Assembly: GCA_964488025.1 (NCBI GenBank)
Contig: CAZATJ010000002.1
Coordinates: 13,840 to 77,839 of the forward strand
Reading direction: 5' to 3'
Source of the DNA: an uncultured Bdellovibrionales bacterium
GTDB lineage: Bacteria > Patescibacteriota > Minisyncoccia > Moranbacterales > UBA1568
DNA length: 64,000 bases
The notes beneath the pieces were generated by a model. The model was not told where the DNA came from. It saw only the letters and a list, made by a program, of their open reading frames with translations, and made no database searches. Both the position numbers and the translations under genes were made by a program. Each line of letters begins with the position of its first letter. The stretch's first letter is position 1. This document shows, piece by piece, positions 48,134 through 57,728 of this stretch.

Positions 48134-50101
48134 CTATTTCAGAGTTATAGGATCGACATCAATGATACAATCTTTTCCGTTTTTTATCAGAATGGAAACA
48201 ATTTCTTCTGAAAGTAATAGGTCAGAAGCTGGCAGACGAATCAGGAGATCGCATTCGAAGAGGGACTGCTTCTTCAGGAGACGGATCGCGCCCGGGGGTC
48301 GTAAACGACAGGTATTCGGAATTACTTCTTTGAGGGCAGCGTACCTCTCCGTTGCTTTTTTTATGACTTCCTTTTCTGTTTTTCCCTGACAAGTAAATGT
48401 GATGAGACGCGCGAAAGGAGGATAAAAAAGTTCCTTTCTCTCCGCCAAGATAGAGGCCAGGAGTTCCGCGCTTCCCATGGTGGAGATTCTTTGGAAGAAG
48501 GCGCTTTCTGGATGAAAGGTCTGAAGCAGGACCTGCCCAAATCGGCCCCTTTTCTTTACCTGACGCGCTGCCCGAGAAAGGTCTTGGAAAAGCCTTTCGT
48601 CGGCTCTGAAATCAGGGAAAAGAAGAAGGCTGTCTGCGTCAATCATAGCAATGAGCGACAGTTTGGGCAAGGGAGGATCCTTAAGAGCCATCTGCGTCCC
48701 GACCAGAACATCAATCTCTCCCGCAAGCCCTTTGAGGGAGAGTATTTCTGCTGTTTTCACGGTACGGAGGGTAGTACTGTCCAGTCGAGATATTTTTTTC
48801 TCGGGGAAAAGTCGAAGTACTTCTCGCTCTACCTTTTCTGTACCGAATCCGATATGACGGAAGGCAAGGTGTCCGCAATTGGGGCAGTTCGGAAAAAGTG
48901 AGGTCTTATAACCGCACGCGGAGCAGCGGAAATATCCTTCCCGAGTCGTTCCAAGCGGGTGCTGACAATTTTTGCAGCGGATGGTATTTTTACAAGCATC
49001 GCAGACGGAAAAGGCGTTCATGCCCTGGCGGTTAATATAGAGGAGCGCTTGATTACCCTCTGTAAGCGTTTCTCGGATAGCTTGGACAAGTGCCTCGGAA
49101 AGCGGTGAAAAATTTTTCCGGTAGCGTTCAAGCTTGAGATTGATGATCGTAAGGGCATTTCCGAGAGGGAGATGCTTCACGATAGGCCTGAGGGGAAGTA
49201 GCTTTTTCTCCTTAATAAGGAAAAGGCTTTCCGTGCTCGGTGTGCCAGAAGAGAGAATGAGTTTGGCTTGGTGAAGCGATGCCAGCATCGAAGCGACGCG
49301 TTTTCCATGGTAACGAGGGCTCATGTCCCATTGTTTGTAGCTTTCATCTTGTTCCTCGGTGACGATAATGGCTCCGAGATTGTAAAACGGAGCGAAGAGC
49401 CCCTGACGAGTAGCAATGATGACAGATGCCTCACCTCCGCGAATGCGTTCCCAAGCGCTAAAGAACGCCCCAGAGGAGAGCTTGCTGTGGAGTATGGCTA
49501 GTTTCTTTTTTTCGAAGAAAGACCCGAGGTACGCCTCCAGGGAGAAAACAAGGGTGATTTCTGGGACAATGATAAGTATCTGCTGTTTTCCTCGGAGACA
49601 TTGCTGCGCGACGAGGTTCCAAAGTTTTTTGGGATCATCAAGGAGCGAGGTGTCGATATAGGTAGGAATTTTTGCCTGAATGAGAATTTCGAGCATTTTC
49701 TGTTCGTCCTCGGTGGCTCGTGGGAAAGGCTTCTTTTTCTTTGAAGACCCCGTTTCTTTTTTCAACCGTTCGTTGGAAGCTTTTGGAAGGAAATGTTTCA
49801 GTGTCTTGCCGAGCGGCGTGAAGTATTCACGACTCACCGTTTCCGCCAGAGCGCACTGCTTTTCGGTCAGAAAACTTTCCCTTACGACGTGAGAAATAAG
49901 TTTCATCCAAGATGGTTTGTTTCCAGGAAGCGCTTGACAGTCAAAAACGACCCCTTCCACCGTCTGTTTTCCGAAGGAAATAGAAACCAGCGAGCCCTTT
50001 CGTACCGAGATGGAGCTGGCGTAGGTAAAATAGGGTGATCGGCTGAGGGGTATGATGACGAGCGGAGCCACCTCAAGACGATAGAGTTGCTTGTTTCCCA
50101 T
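48134..50101 (-). CDS. priA: primosomal protein N' (PriA) homolog with degenerate ATPase motifs
   Basis: Collinear with PriA (3'-DNA-binding N-terminus, Cys4 zinc region CDACKNTIRCKNC...CSACGY...CPNCGH, VLVGTQM, VLLQTFHPE). Walker A GSGKT is replaced by DDPKKL and DEEHD by TEEQD. Confidence 0.7.
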   Translation of the reverse strand: MGNKQLYRLEVAPLVIIPLSRSPYFTYASSISVRKGSLVSISFGKQTVEGVVFDCQALPGNKPSWMKLISHVVRESFLTEKQCALAETVSREYFTPLGKTLKHFLPKASNERLKKETGSSKKKKPFPRATEDEQKMLEILIQAKIPTYIDTSLLDDPKKLWNLVAQQCLRGKQQILIIVPEITLVFSLEAYLGSFFEKKKLAILHSKLSSGAFFSAWERIRGGEASVIIATRQGLFAPFYNLGAIIVTEEQDESYKQWDMSPRYHGKRVASMLASLHQAKLILSSGTPSTESLFLIKEKKLLPLRPIVKHLPLGNALTIINLKLERYRKNFSPLSEALVQAIRETLTEGNQALLYINRQGMNAFSVCDACKNTIRCKNCQHPLGTTREGYFRCSACGYKTSLFPNCPNCGHLAFRHIGFGTEKVEREVLRLFPEKKISRLDSTTLRTVKTAEILSLKGLAGEIDVLVGTQMALKDPPLPKLSLIAMIDADSLLLFPDFRADERLFQDLSRAARQVKKRGRFGQVLLQTFHPESAFFQRISTMGSAELLASILAERKELFYPPFARLITFTCQGKTEKEVIKKATERYAALKEVIPNTCRLRPPGAIRLLKKQSLFECDLLIRLPASDLLLSEEIVSILIKNGKDCIIDVDPITLK

Positions 50102-50159
50102 ATACCCTCATTCTAGCAAGAAATTGATTTTTTGGCTCTTTTCAGCTACGCTTCACAGT

Positions 50160-50708
50160 ATGAACAAAACCAGACGACTTTTTATCGGTTTGCCGCTTTC
50201 TGACGCTTTGCGCAAGCGGCTTGCCTTGGAAATGGAGGCGCTTCCGGGAAGCGCTGTGCTTCCTGTTGCCAAGGATAATCTGCAGGTCACGCTCATGTTT
50301 CTTGGATTCGTCCATGATGAGGATGTTCCGGAAATCTGCGAGCGAGTCAGGGAAGTTGCTGAGGCAACAGACTCTTTTGAGTTGTCTTTTACTGGGATGA
50401 AATTGGTAGAAAGCAAAGAAAATCCGAAGATGATCTCTTTGATAGGGGAGGCGAGCGATGGACTTCGGCACTTACGTGAGGAAATGGAAAAGGCATTTTC
50501 AGCTTTTGTGACGGAAAGAAAAGCTTATAGTCCCAACGTGACTCTGGCAAAAATAAAAAAGAACCAGTGGCTAGCGCTCGATCCGGAGCCAGTGCTCAAG
50601 GAAAAACTTTCTATTTTGGAGGGAATCGATACGGTCGTCGTTTACGAAAGTCTATCTCTGGAAGGAAAGCGCCGCTACGAACCAATTACGACATTTTCGC
50701 TCCTTTAA
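50160..50708 (+). CDS. LigT/ThpR-like 2H phosphoesterase fold protein with both HxT/S histidines substituted
   Basis: RRLFIGLPL...DNLQVTLMFLG and PNVTLAKIK align with the two H-x-T/S motifs of 2',5' RNA ligase, but His is replaced by Gln and Asn. Confidence 0.5.
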   Translation: MNKTRRLFIGLPLSDALRKRLALEMEALPGSAVLPVAKDNLQVTLMFLGFVHDEDVPEICERVREVAEATDSFELSFTGMKLVESKENPKMISLIGEASDGLRHLREEMEKAFSAFVTERKAYSPNVTLAKIKKNQWLALDPEPVLKEKLSILEGIDTVVVYESLSLEGKRRYEPITTFSLL

Positions 50709-50745
50709 ACATCACTGGAGCAGAACATTTCAACGATACTTTACT

Positions 50746-51474
50746 ATGGAATTGTTTGGTGTCACTATCAGTCAATCCTCTCCCGACGAAGTTTTGGCAC
50801 AAGTCGGGAGTTTTTTAAATGAACCGAAGTTTCATCGTATCGCGACGGTCAATCCGGAATTTCTCGTGTTAGCTGAAAAGAATCCGGAATTCAAACAGGC
50901 GCTCCTTGCTGCTGATCTGTGCGTGGCCGACGGGATTGGTATCGTGCTCGCTGGATGCTTTCAAAGGAAAAGAATCACTCGTTTTCCCGGTGTTGATCTG
51001 CTTCACGAAATTCTCACTCTGGCCGAGCGCGATGGTTACGAGGTGTCCCTTGCTATTCGTAAAGATGGCCTGTCTTCGTACGAAGAGATTCGAGCGGCTC
51101 TTTTGAAAAAATATCCACGCCTTGTAGTCACGGGTAAAGACTATACTGTGCAATCTATCACTTCGCCGTCACTTATCCCTTATCCTGCATCACCTATCAT
51201 TATTTGTAATTTCGGTGCGCCCGATCAAGAACTCTTTCTCGAAAGTATCAGGAATAATTCCGGTGAGGTGCGGTTAGTTCTGGGTGTCGGCGGAGCATTC
51301 GACTACCTGACTGGCAAACAAAAACGCGCCCCCAAGTGGCTGCGTGCGATAGGCCTCGAATGGCTCTGGCGTCTCACCCTCCAGCCCAGACGATGGAAGC
51401 GCATCTGGAACGCAGTGGTTGTTTTTCCTTGGCTCGTCTTTCGTTCTTGGCAGAATGCTAGAAAAAGGTTATAA
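50746..51474 (+). CDS. WecG/TagA/CpsF family (GT26) glycosyltransferase
   Basis: IATVNPEFLV, CVADGIGIV, FLGAPDQE-like NFGAPDQELF, GVGGAFDYLTGKQKRAPKWLR blocks. Confidence 0.8.
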   Translation: MELFGVTISQSSPDEVLAQVGSFLNEPKFHRIATVNPEFLVLAEKNPEFKQALLAADLCVADGIGIVLAGCFQRKRITRFPGVDLLHEILTLAERDGYEVSLAIRKDGLSSYEEIRAALLKKYPRLVVTGKDYTVQSITSPSLIPYPASPIIICNFGAPDQELFLESIRNNSGEVRLVLGVGGAFDYLTGKQKRAPKWLRAIGLEWLWRLTLQPRRWKRIWNAVVVFPWLVFRSWQNARKRL

Positions 51475-51489
51475 TTAAGCCACAATTTT

Positions 51490-51519
51490 CGCTAATTGCT
51501 ATTTGTTGATTGTTTTATG
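51490..51519 (+). repeat. solo copy of the right-end motif of the four-helix-bundle module (CGCTAAT...TTGTTGATTGTTTTATG)
   Basis: cgctaattgctatttgttgattgttttatg matches 6085-6127 cgctaat...ttgttgattgtcttatg. It again creates an upstream in-frame ATG (MLFVDCFM) before gltX. Confidence 0.6.
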
Positions 51520-53049
51520 TCAGAAAACGTTCGTGCCCGTTTTGCGCCATCACCGACGGGGTATATGCATGTCGGGAACTTCCGCACGGCGCTGTATACC
51601 TATCTTTTTGCGCACAAGCAAAAGGGGACGTTTATTCTCCGGATTGAGGATACCGATCAAAAACGGTACGTTCAGGATGCCTTGGAGAAATTGATTGGTA
51701 TTTTGGACTGGGCTGGTTTTAAGTATTCCGAAGGGGTCTTTATCGAAAACGGAACGGTCATCCAGAGGGGTGATGTCGGGCCATATATCCAGTCAGAACG
51801 CCTGGATATCTATAAAAAATATGCTCACCAGGCCATTGCCGATGGATGGGCGTATCACTGTTTCTGTACGCCAGAACGCCTGGAAGCAATGCGCAATGAA
51901 CAAACGAAAGCAAAACAAGCACCGATGTATGACCGCCTGTGTTTGCAATTATCTCAGGAAAAACAGGAAAAAAAAATTTCTGCCGGTGAATCATTTGTCA
52001 TACGACAAAAAATCGATACTGAAGGCTCGACCCAGTATGAAGATCTCGTTCGTGGGACAGTGGAAATTAAAAATAGCCTGCTCGATGATCAAGTGCTCAT
52101 GAAATCGGATGGCTATCCGACGTATAACTTTGCCAATGTTATCGATGATCATTTGATGGGCATCACGCATGTGACTCGTGGTGAGGAGTATATATCGAGC
52201 ACCCCGAAATATGTGCAATTGTATCAAAATTTTGGTTGGGAAGTTCCAAAGTTCGCGCATCTGCCACTTTTGCTCAATCCCGATAAATCAAAACTCTCGA
52301 AGCGCCAAGGTGATGTCGCCGTAGAAGATTATATTGCCAAGGGATATCTCAAGGAAGCAATCATTAATTTCGTCATGCTTCTTGGTTGGAACCCCGGGAA
52401 GGGGAGTACCCAAGAGATTTTCTCTTTGGATGAATTAGCGAAAGTGTTCGATTTCGCCCAGATTCACAAAGGCGGGGCGGTGTTTGACCTGAAAAAATTG
52501 GATTGGATGAATGCTGAATATATCAAAAAATTATCCGTCGACGAACTCTATGAGAGGGCGCTCTCCCTCGGCGTGTTCGAGAACGAATTTTTCGCTGCGG
52601 TGCCGGCAGCCAAAAAAGAGGCTTCGTTCATGAAGAGGGTGCTTTCCGTGGAACATGACCGTCTGGTGCGACTCTCCGATATCGGCGTGCAGAACCCTTT
52701 CTTTTTCTCGGATGAGCTTTCGTACGATGGGAAGCTCCTCAGCTGGAAAGAGAATGACGCTGCGCTCACCAGGGCCTCTCTGGAGCAGGCAGAGAAACTA
52801 CTCGGCGCATTCGATGCTGCCACTTGGGAGAATCTCAAAATAATCGAAGAAAAATTATTGGCAGAGGCAGACAGGCGGCCCGACCACAGCCCGGAGGGCA
52901 GTGTGACGGGTAAAGGCGACTTCCTTTGGCCGCTGCGGGCGGCGTTGACGGGTGCTGAGCGTTCCCCGTCACCGGCTCAGGTGGTTTGGGTACTTGGGAA
53001 GAAGGAAAGTCTGATGAGGCTTGAAAATGCGCTTAAAAAGCTTTTATAG
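51517..53049 (+). CDS. gltX: glutamyl-tRNA synthetase
   Basis: HIGH motif PSPTGYMHVGN, KMSKS-like KLSKRQG. Confidence 0.9.
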   Translation: MSENVRARFAPSPTGYMHVGNFRTALYTYLFAHKQKGTFILRIEDTDQKRYVQDALEKLIGILDWAGFKYSEGVFIENGTVIQRGDVGPYIQSERLDIYKKYAHQAIADGWAYHCFCTPERLEAMRNEQTKAKQAPMYDRLCLQLSQEKQEKKISAGESFVIRQKIDTEGSTQYEDLVRGTVEIKNSLLDDQVLMKSDGYPTYNFANVIDDHLMGITHVTRGEEYISSTPKYVQLYQNFGWEVPKFAHLPLLLNPDKSKLSKRQGDVAVEDYIAKGYLKEAIINFVMLLGWNPGKGSTQEIFSLDELAKVFDFAQIHKGGAVFDLKKLDWMNAEYIKKLSVDELYERALSLGVFENEFFAAVPAAKKEASFMKRVLSVEHDRLVRLSDIGVQNPFFFSDELSYDGKLLSWKENDAALTRASLEQAEKLLGAFDAATWENLKIIEEKLLAEADRRPDHSPEGSVTGKGDFLWPLRAALTGAERSPSPAQVVWVLGKKESLMRLENALKKLL

Positions 53050-53082
53050 AAGCCAAAGCAGAATAAATACAGCTATGGTATA

Positions 53083-54339
53083 ATGAAAGATATCATGCTG
53101 AAAATCAACAAAAATTTCAACACATTTTTTCTTTTTGCGATACTTCTTTCCGGGACTATCGCGTCTTCTTTATTGGTTCAAGCGGCTTACACGACCGAAT
53201 CTGACCAAAAAAAGGCGGATGATTTGAAGGATGAGCTCGAAACTATTGATGCTAAGATTAAGGCCTACAATCAGATTATCAACCTCAAGCAACGCCAAGG
53301 AGCCACACTGGCTGATCAGATTGAAGGGCTGCAGGCTCAGACTGACAAACTTGAACTTGAGATAGCTACTACGACCAAACAAATCAGTGAACTTGAAGAA
53401 CAGGTTCAAGGTCTGTCTGTTCGGATCGTGGAAAAGACCAACCTTATTGATCGGCAAAGGACAATCTTATCTGAACTCATGCGAGTGTACTATACTGATT
53501 ATTCAGAAGAAAGTACCCCGACGTTTCTGACTTCAGCAGAGAGTCTCCTGTATTTTAAGAAAGAGAGTTGGACAGCAAATATAAGCGATAAGGTGAGTGA
53601 TCTTTTAGAATCAGTTAAGGCGCTCCGCGACGGTTTAGCAAAGGAACAGAAACTTCTGACTGAAAAAAAGAATGCTGTCGACCTTCTGTATCGTGATCTT
53701 GCTGAACAAAGTAAGAGTCTTGATGCTGCGAGAGCAAGTAAAGCATCACTGCTCGCCAAAACACAGGCAGAAGCGAATCGTTATTCCGGTCTTGTTGATG
53801 ATCTGCAGAAGCAGCGCGATGACATTGAAAACGAAATCCAGGACTTGGAATCCGGATTGTCAACCGAAGGATTGCCGAGCTACTCACATGGTCTGCTCGA
53901 ATATCCGGTCAAAAAAGTGATCTTGACCCAGGGGTACGGCAAGACCAGTTTTTCCAAGAAAGCCTACGCTTCTGGAAAGCATAACGGTCTGGATTTGGGC
54001 GGCGCCTATGGGACATCGATTTATGCTGCCGCTTCCGGTAAGGTTATTGGTACGGGCAATCTCGGAAAATACGCCTATGGGAAATGGATTGCTATCGACC
54101 ATGGAAATGGCATCGTCACATTGTACGGCCATCTCAGTTCTATTGGTGTGAGCAGGGGAGACAAAGTTGATGGAGGAGAAAAGATTGGTAACATGGGCAG
54201 CACCGGATATTCCACCGGTAACCATGTCCACTTCACCGTCTTTTCTGCCCGATCCTACGATGTTGTCCAGTCAAGAGCGGTGAAAGGACTCTACATTCCT
54301 ATCGGTGCAACCGTCAATCCTTCAGTCTACTTGCCATAA
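53083..54339 (+). CDS. M23 family metallopeptidase with N-terminal coiled-coil region (EnvC-like)
   Basis: Signal anchor, long heptad-rich region, C-terminal HxxxD...GNMGSTGYSTGNHVHF M23 motifs. Confidence 0.8.
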   Translation: MKDIMLKINKNFNTFFLFAILLSGTIASSLLVQAAYTTESDQKKADDLKDELETIDAKIKAYNQIINLKQRQGATLADQIEGLQAQTDKLELEIATTTKQISELEEQVQGLSVRIVEKTNLIDRQRTILSELMRVYYTDYSEESTPTFLTSAESLLYFKKESWTANISDKVSDLLESVKALRDGLAKEQKLLTEKKNAVDLLYRDLAEQSKSLDAARASKASLLAKTQAEANRYSGLVDDLQKQRDDIENEIQDLESGLSTEGLPSYSHGLLEYPVKKVILTQGYGKTSFSKKAYASGKHNGLDLGGAYGTSIYAAASGKVIGTGNLGKYAYGKWIAIDHGNGIVTLYGHLSSIGVSRGDKVDGGEKIGNMGSTGYSTGNHVHFTVFSARSYDVVQSRAVKGLYIPIGATVNPSVYLP

Positions 54340-54384
54340 GGGAGGGTTTTGGGTACAGTGGCTGAGGTTAAGAAATGAGCCAGT

Positions 54385-55152
54385 ATGAGAATGAAGAAAC
54401 AAATACATTCTATACGGACGCGGTTTGCCAAAGATATCGTGGCGGAAATTTTTTTTCCGGAGAAGCAGACTGGTAAGGTAGCAGTACTTGCTATCGGAGC
54501 GCCGTCTGGATCGTCCAAAAAAGAACGATTGCAATTCCTGACAGCTCACGGATATGTGGCTGTTCTTCCGCGTTATCGGGGAACCTGGGAAAGTGATGGG
54601 TGGTTTCTTGAACGGTCACCGGCACAGGATATCCGTGACGTTGTCTCTGAATTGGAAAAGAAAAAGTCTGTCATTGATACTTTGACCGGTAAAAAATTTC
54701 CCGTGAAAGTTTCGGCGGTACATTTGTTCGGTGGATCATTTGGCGGTCCGGCAGTGCTTCTAAATACCGATCTGGCAATCGTGAAGAAAGTGGTTACTCT
54801 TTCCCCTGTCATCGATTGGAGTGTAGAGGGGGAGGATGAACCGATTCACGAGTGGATTCGATATTCTCTCTTGGGATATGGTGGCGCGTATCGTACCAAA
54901 CATACGAGAGATTGGCAGAAACCGGTCAAGACTGATTTTTATAACCCTATCGCACATGTGAATAAAATTGATGGCAAGAAAGTGTTCATTCTTCACGCCA
55001 AAGATGATACCAACGTACCGTGTGACCCGGTCATTCCATTTGCCACAGCAACCGGTGCTTCATACTATCTGAAACCACATGGCGGTCACCGTATCAATTT
55101 TGAGCACGGATTTCTTTGGAAAAAAATTGAGGCGTTTTTGAAAAAGAAGTAG
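54385..55152 (+). CDS. alpha/beta-hydrolase fold protein (peptidase S9/dienelactone-hydrolase-like)
   Basis: HLFGGSFGG nucleophile elbow, Asp/His positions near the C-terminus (HAKDD, HGGH). Confidence 0.6.
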   Translation: MRMKKQIHSIRTRFAKDIVAEIFFPEKQTGKVAVLAIGAPSGSSKKERLQFLTAHGYVAVLPRYRGTWESDGWFLERSPAQDIRDVVSELEKKKSVIDTLTGKKFPVKVSAVHLFGGSFGGPAVLLNTDLAIVKKVVTLSPVIDWSVEGEDEPIHEWIRYSLLGYGGAYRTKHTRDWQKPVKTDFYNPIAHVNKIDGKKVFILHAKDDTNVPCDPVIPFATATGASYYLKPHGGHRINFEHGFLWKKIEAFLKKK

Positions 55153-55179
55153 CTACGTACAGATAGGAAAAAATCTCAT

Positions 55180-55220
55180 GAGACTCCCCTGGCGCTTTTT
55201 ATAAAAAAGAGGGGAGTCTC
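55180..55220 (+). terminator. terminator-like long inverted repeat
   Basis: GAGACTCCCCT ggcgctttttataaaaaag AGGGGAGTCTC (11-bp perfect arms). The inner cccctggcgcttttt resembles a rho-independent terminator. Confidence 0.5.
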
Positions 55221-55764
55221 TCTTCTTATAGAATCAATATAGGCGCATCGGGTATGACCATGGGTATTTTTCTCTAAAATACTACTGGGAGAAATTAAGC
55301 GTACGAATCAACAAATCGGGGAGGCATAGACGTATACCCTTTTTATTCAAATGCCTCAGAAACGATTATAAGCATTCGTTTTTGAAAGAAAAGTGATAAT
55401 CGGTGGAGTCCAAGGTTCATTATCCTAGATTCCTTTCTTTAAGCTCTTTCTTTCTATTCAATGTCTCATAAGTTACATTATGAGACATACGGTAAAATAC
55501 TTCTCTCAAACAAAGCCACGAAATCAGAAGATTTCTCATTGCCAATGTAGAGAGAAACAGATCCGCCCTTCCCTTGTTGTTGGTGACTGCAATATTGGTG
55601 GTCCGATTCTTTTTTGAAAATAAAGAAAGAATATAAAAAAATAAATCAGGATTCATACCCGGAACTTTTCCAGCTCCCCTACTAAAATTCGAATCCGGCA
55701 GTGGATTGGAAAAGAAAAAACAGGTGGGGTTGGATAACCCTCACCTGTCGGTGTCGTTCAAGGC

Positions 55765-56727
55765 CTATTGGCATGGTGGTTTGGGCCTGGGAATGACCTG
55801 AATAGCCCGGGTCGCTCGTGCTTCATCGCCACGCGGATAGTAGGACTGCGCCAGGATGCTGTGGTGACATTCTTTCTCCACTGGACAACGTCCGCAACTT
55901 CGCTGATAGCGTCGTAGCGTTTTGGCGTCATTCCAGTCTTCCGGTTCTTCCTTGATAGACCTGGCACAGCCTTCGCGTGAAAGCATGAAGAGCAGGTCGG
56001 AAAATTCCACGGGATGGACGCCGTAGCGATATCTCAGGTACTGTTCAGCTAATTTGTAACCAGCGACTGAGAGCGGGCGTGGACGCCGGAATGATTCGCT
56101 GGCCAGAATCATTTCCGTACTAAGCATGACTCGCAGGTGATGAAAGTCAACCGGTGGCGAAATGTGAATCAGCGGAATCAGCTGGGCATCCATCAGGAAA
56201 TAAGCGAGCATGGCGCATACTTTTTCCTGGAACATGAAAAATCCTTGCTCCTTGAGTGGTAGCTGATAGTCTTTCTTGTTCACGACCCGTTGGCGAAGTA
56301 TGTCGGCTGTAAGCCGACCCCGGAAGACGTTGAGGATGTCACCACCCCAAGCCATCAGGATTTCGGAGTTACGAAACCAGGCTTCACCGTAGCGTTGTGA
56401 TTTCGGCAGCTTCCCGAAAAGCTTCCCGAGCTTCTCTTCCATGATTTCCGGAGAGAGCGTCACGACGTGGCGGGGATCAAAAAGCTTAGGCTCTTCCCGA
56501 TACAGTTTGACCATCTGGGCCACCGCGTACTCGCTTTTGATCCGTCCCCGCATGAAGTGGCAGAGGTAGAAATAAAAGTTTGGCTTTCGGCGGAGTTCTT
56601 TCGGAATACGTCGTTGCGGCAGTCTGTCCAAATTGGCTTGGGTATAGGGAAATTCCCGCGCCCGGTAGGCCGAAATCAGACGCTCAAAGACCCGATAGGC
56701 CTGAGTAGAGTTGGTAAGGATCGTCAT
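55765..56727 (-). CDS. hypothetical protein with C-terminal Cys cluster (C-x2-C-x5-C plus an upstream Cys)
   Basis: 320 aa. RSCGRCPVEKEC resembles the Fe-S loop of HhH-GPD-type glycosylases, but no HhH motif was found. Low-confidence family. Confidence 0.35.
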   Translation of the reverse strand: MTILTNSTQAYRVFERLISAYRAREFPYTQANLDRLPQRRIPKELRRKPNFYFYLCHFMRGRIKSEYAVAQMVKLYREEPKLFDPRHVVTLSPEIMEEKLGKLFGKLPKSQRYGEAWFRNSEILMAWGGDILNVFRGRLTADILRQRVVNKKDYQLPLKEQGFFMFQEKVCAMLAYFLMDAQLIPLIHISPPVDFHHLRVMLSTEMILASESFRRPRPLSVAGYKLAEQYLRYRYGVHPVEFSDLLFMLSREGCARSIKEEPEDWNDAKTLRRYQRSCGRCPVEKECHHSILAQSYYPRGDEARATRAIQVIPRPKPPCQ

Positions 56728-56888
56728 GAAACTCCCCTTTCGGAAGTGGTTTGATTGCCTTCGAGTATACAGGAAACTAGGCTTTTAGCAAGTGTTTACT
56801 TATATTCGAACATGAAAAAACCGGAAGAGCGCGTGGCGCTTACTTCCGGTTCAAAGGATGTCCAACAACCGACCGTAGACCGGAATCG

Positions 56889-57728
56889 CTACTGGAGCGA
56901 CACCTGGTCTTTGGCGATAGCCACTGTGTTGCGGCCGGCAGCCTTGGCCCCGTACATGGCCATGTCGCTCCGGGTACGCGCCTCCTCGATGGCCTGGTTC
57001 GGATCGTCGGGAAATTGGTCCATGTGGACTCGTGCTACCCCGATGCTCACGGTGACGGTGAGGCCTTTGATGTGAAAATCGTGAGCTTCGACACTGCGTC
57101 TGATCCGTTCGGCCGTCGTCTCCGCTTCTTTGGTCGAAGCATTACTCAGGACGACGACAAATTCATCGCCACCGAAGCGAGCCGGGATGTCATCCTCACG
57201 AACCGCCCCCTTGATGATCTGGGCAATCACGGTGAGTACATTGTCGCCGACGGCATGTCCGTATCTATCGTTCACCGATTTGAACCGGTCTACGTCGATG
57301 AAGAGGATGCTGGTTTCTGGCCAGGCGATCTTCGGGCTGTGAGTCTCCTCACGAACCCGGGCGATGGTTCGGCCCACTTCGTGGGCGTGGCGATGAAAGG
57401 CCCGCTTCAAAGTATTCGGTCGGAGGAGCCCGGTCAGGTCATCGCGCCCCAGTTCCTCGCGGAGTTTTTCCAACTCCTCACTGTGGATTTTTTTGAGCGC
57501 GACCATCCATTCCATCACGTTTGTGGCCTGTTCCTGCAGAAACTGCATCGACTGAGCCATTGACTGAACTATCTCTTCGGATGCCGTAAGCATCTCAAAA
57601 AGATCCTTGTTTCTGGCGCGGAGCAATTGGAGCTCTAGCTCTTTCGGGCAGAGCTCCGGCCAGAGCTTCTCAACGAGTTGTTGCACCGCTTGGCCAATCT
57701 TCTGGCGCAGTGAGACTACTTTCTTCAT
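56889..57728 (-). CDS. GGDEF-domain diguanylate cyclase with N-terminal coiled coil
   Basis: RFGGDEF active-site motif, DVDRFKSVND, RIRRSV inhibitory-site-like RxxD. The start is taken at MKKVVSL (AAAGGGGA RBS). Confidence 0.8.
   Translation of the reverse strand: MKKVVSLRQKIGQAVQQLVEKLWPELCPKELELQLLRARNKDLFEMLTASEEIVQSMAQSMQFLQEQATNVMEWMVALKKIHSEELEKLREELGRDDLTGLLRPNTLKRAFHRHAHEVGRTIARVREETHSPKIAWPETSILFIDVDRFKSVNDRYGHAVGDNVLTVIAQIIKGAVREDDIPARFGGDEFVVVLSNASTKEAETTAERIRRSVEAHDFHIKGLTVTVSIGVARVHMDQFPDDPNQAIEEARTRSDMAMYGAKAAGRNTVAIAKDQVSLQ

Noticed and set aside
55640-55720. tRNA or tmRNA 3' domain suggested by TTCGAATCC
   Set aside because: No complementary T-stem or acceptor stem on either strand, and no CCA-adjacent acceptor pairing.
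55153-55764. RNase P RNA or SRP RNA in the 600-bp intergenic region (and in 60194-60454)
   Set aside because: The P4 consensus (AGGAAAGUCCGGGCUC ... ACAGAANCCGGCUUA) and the SRP domain IV motif are absent.
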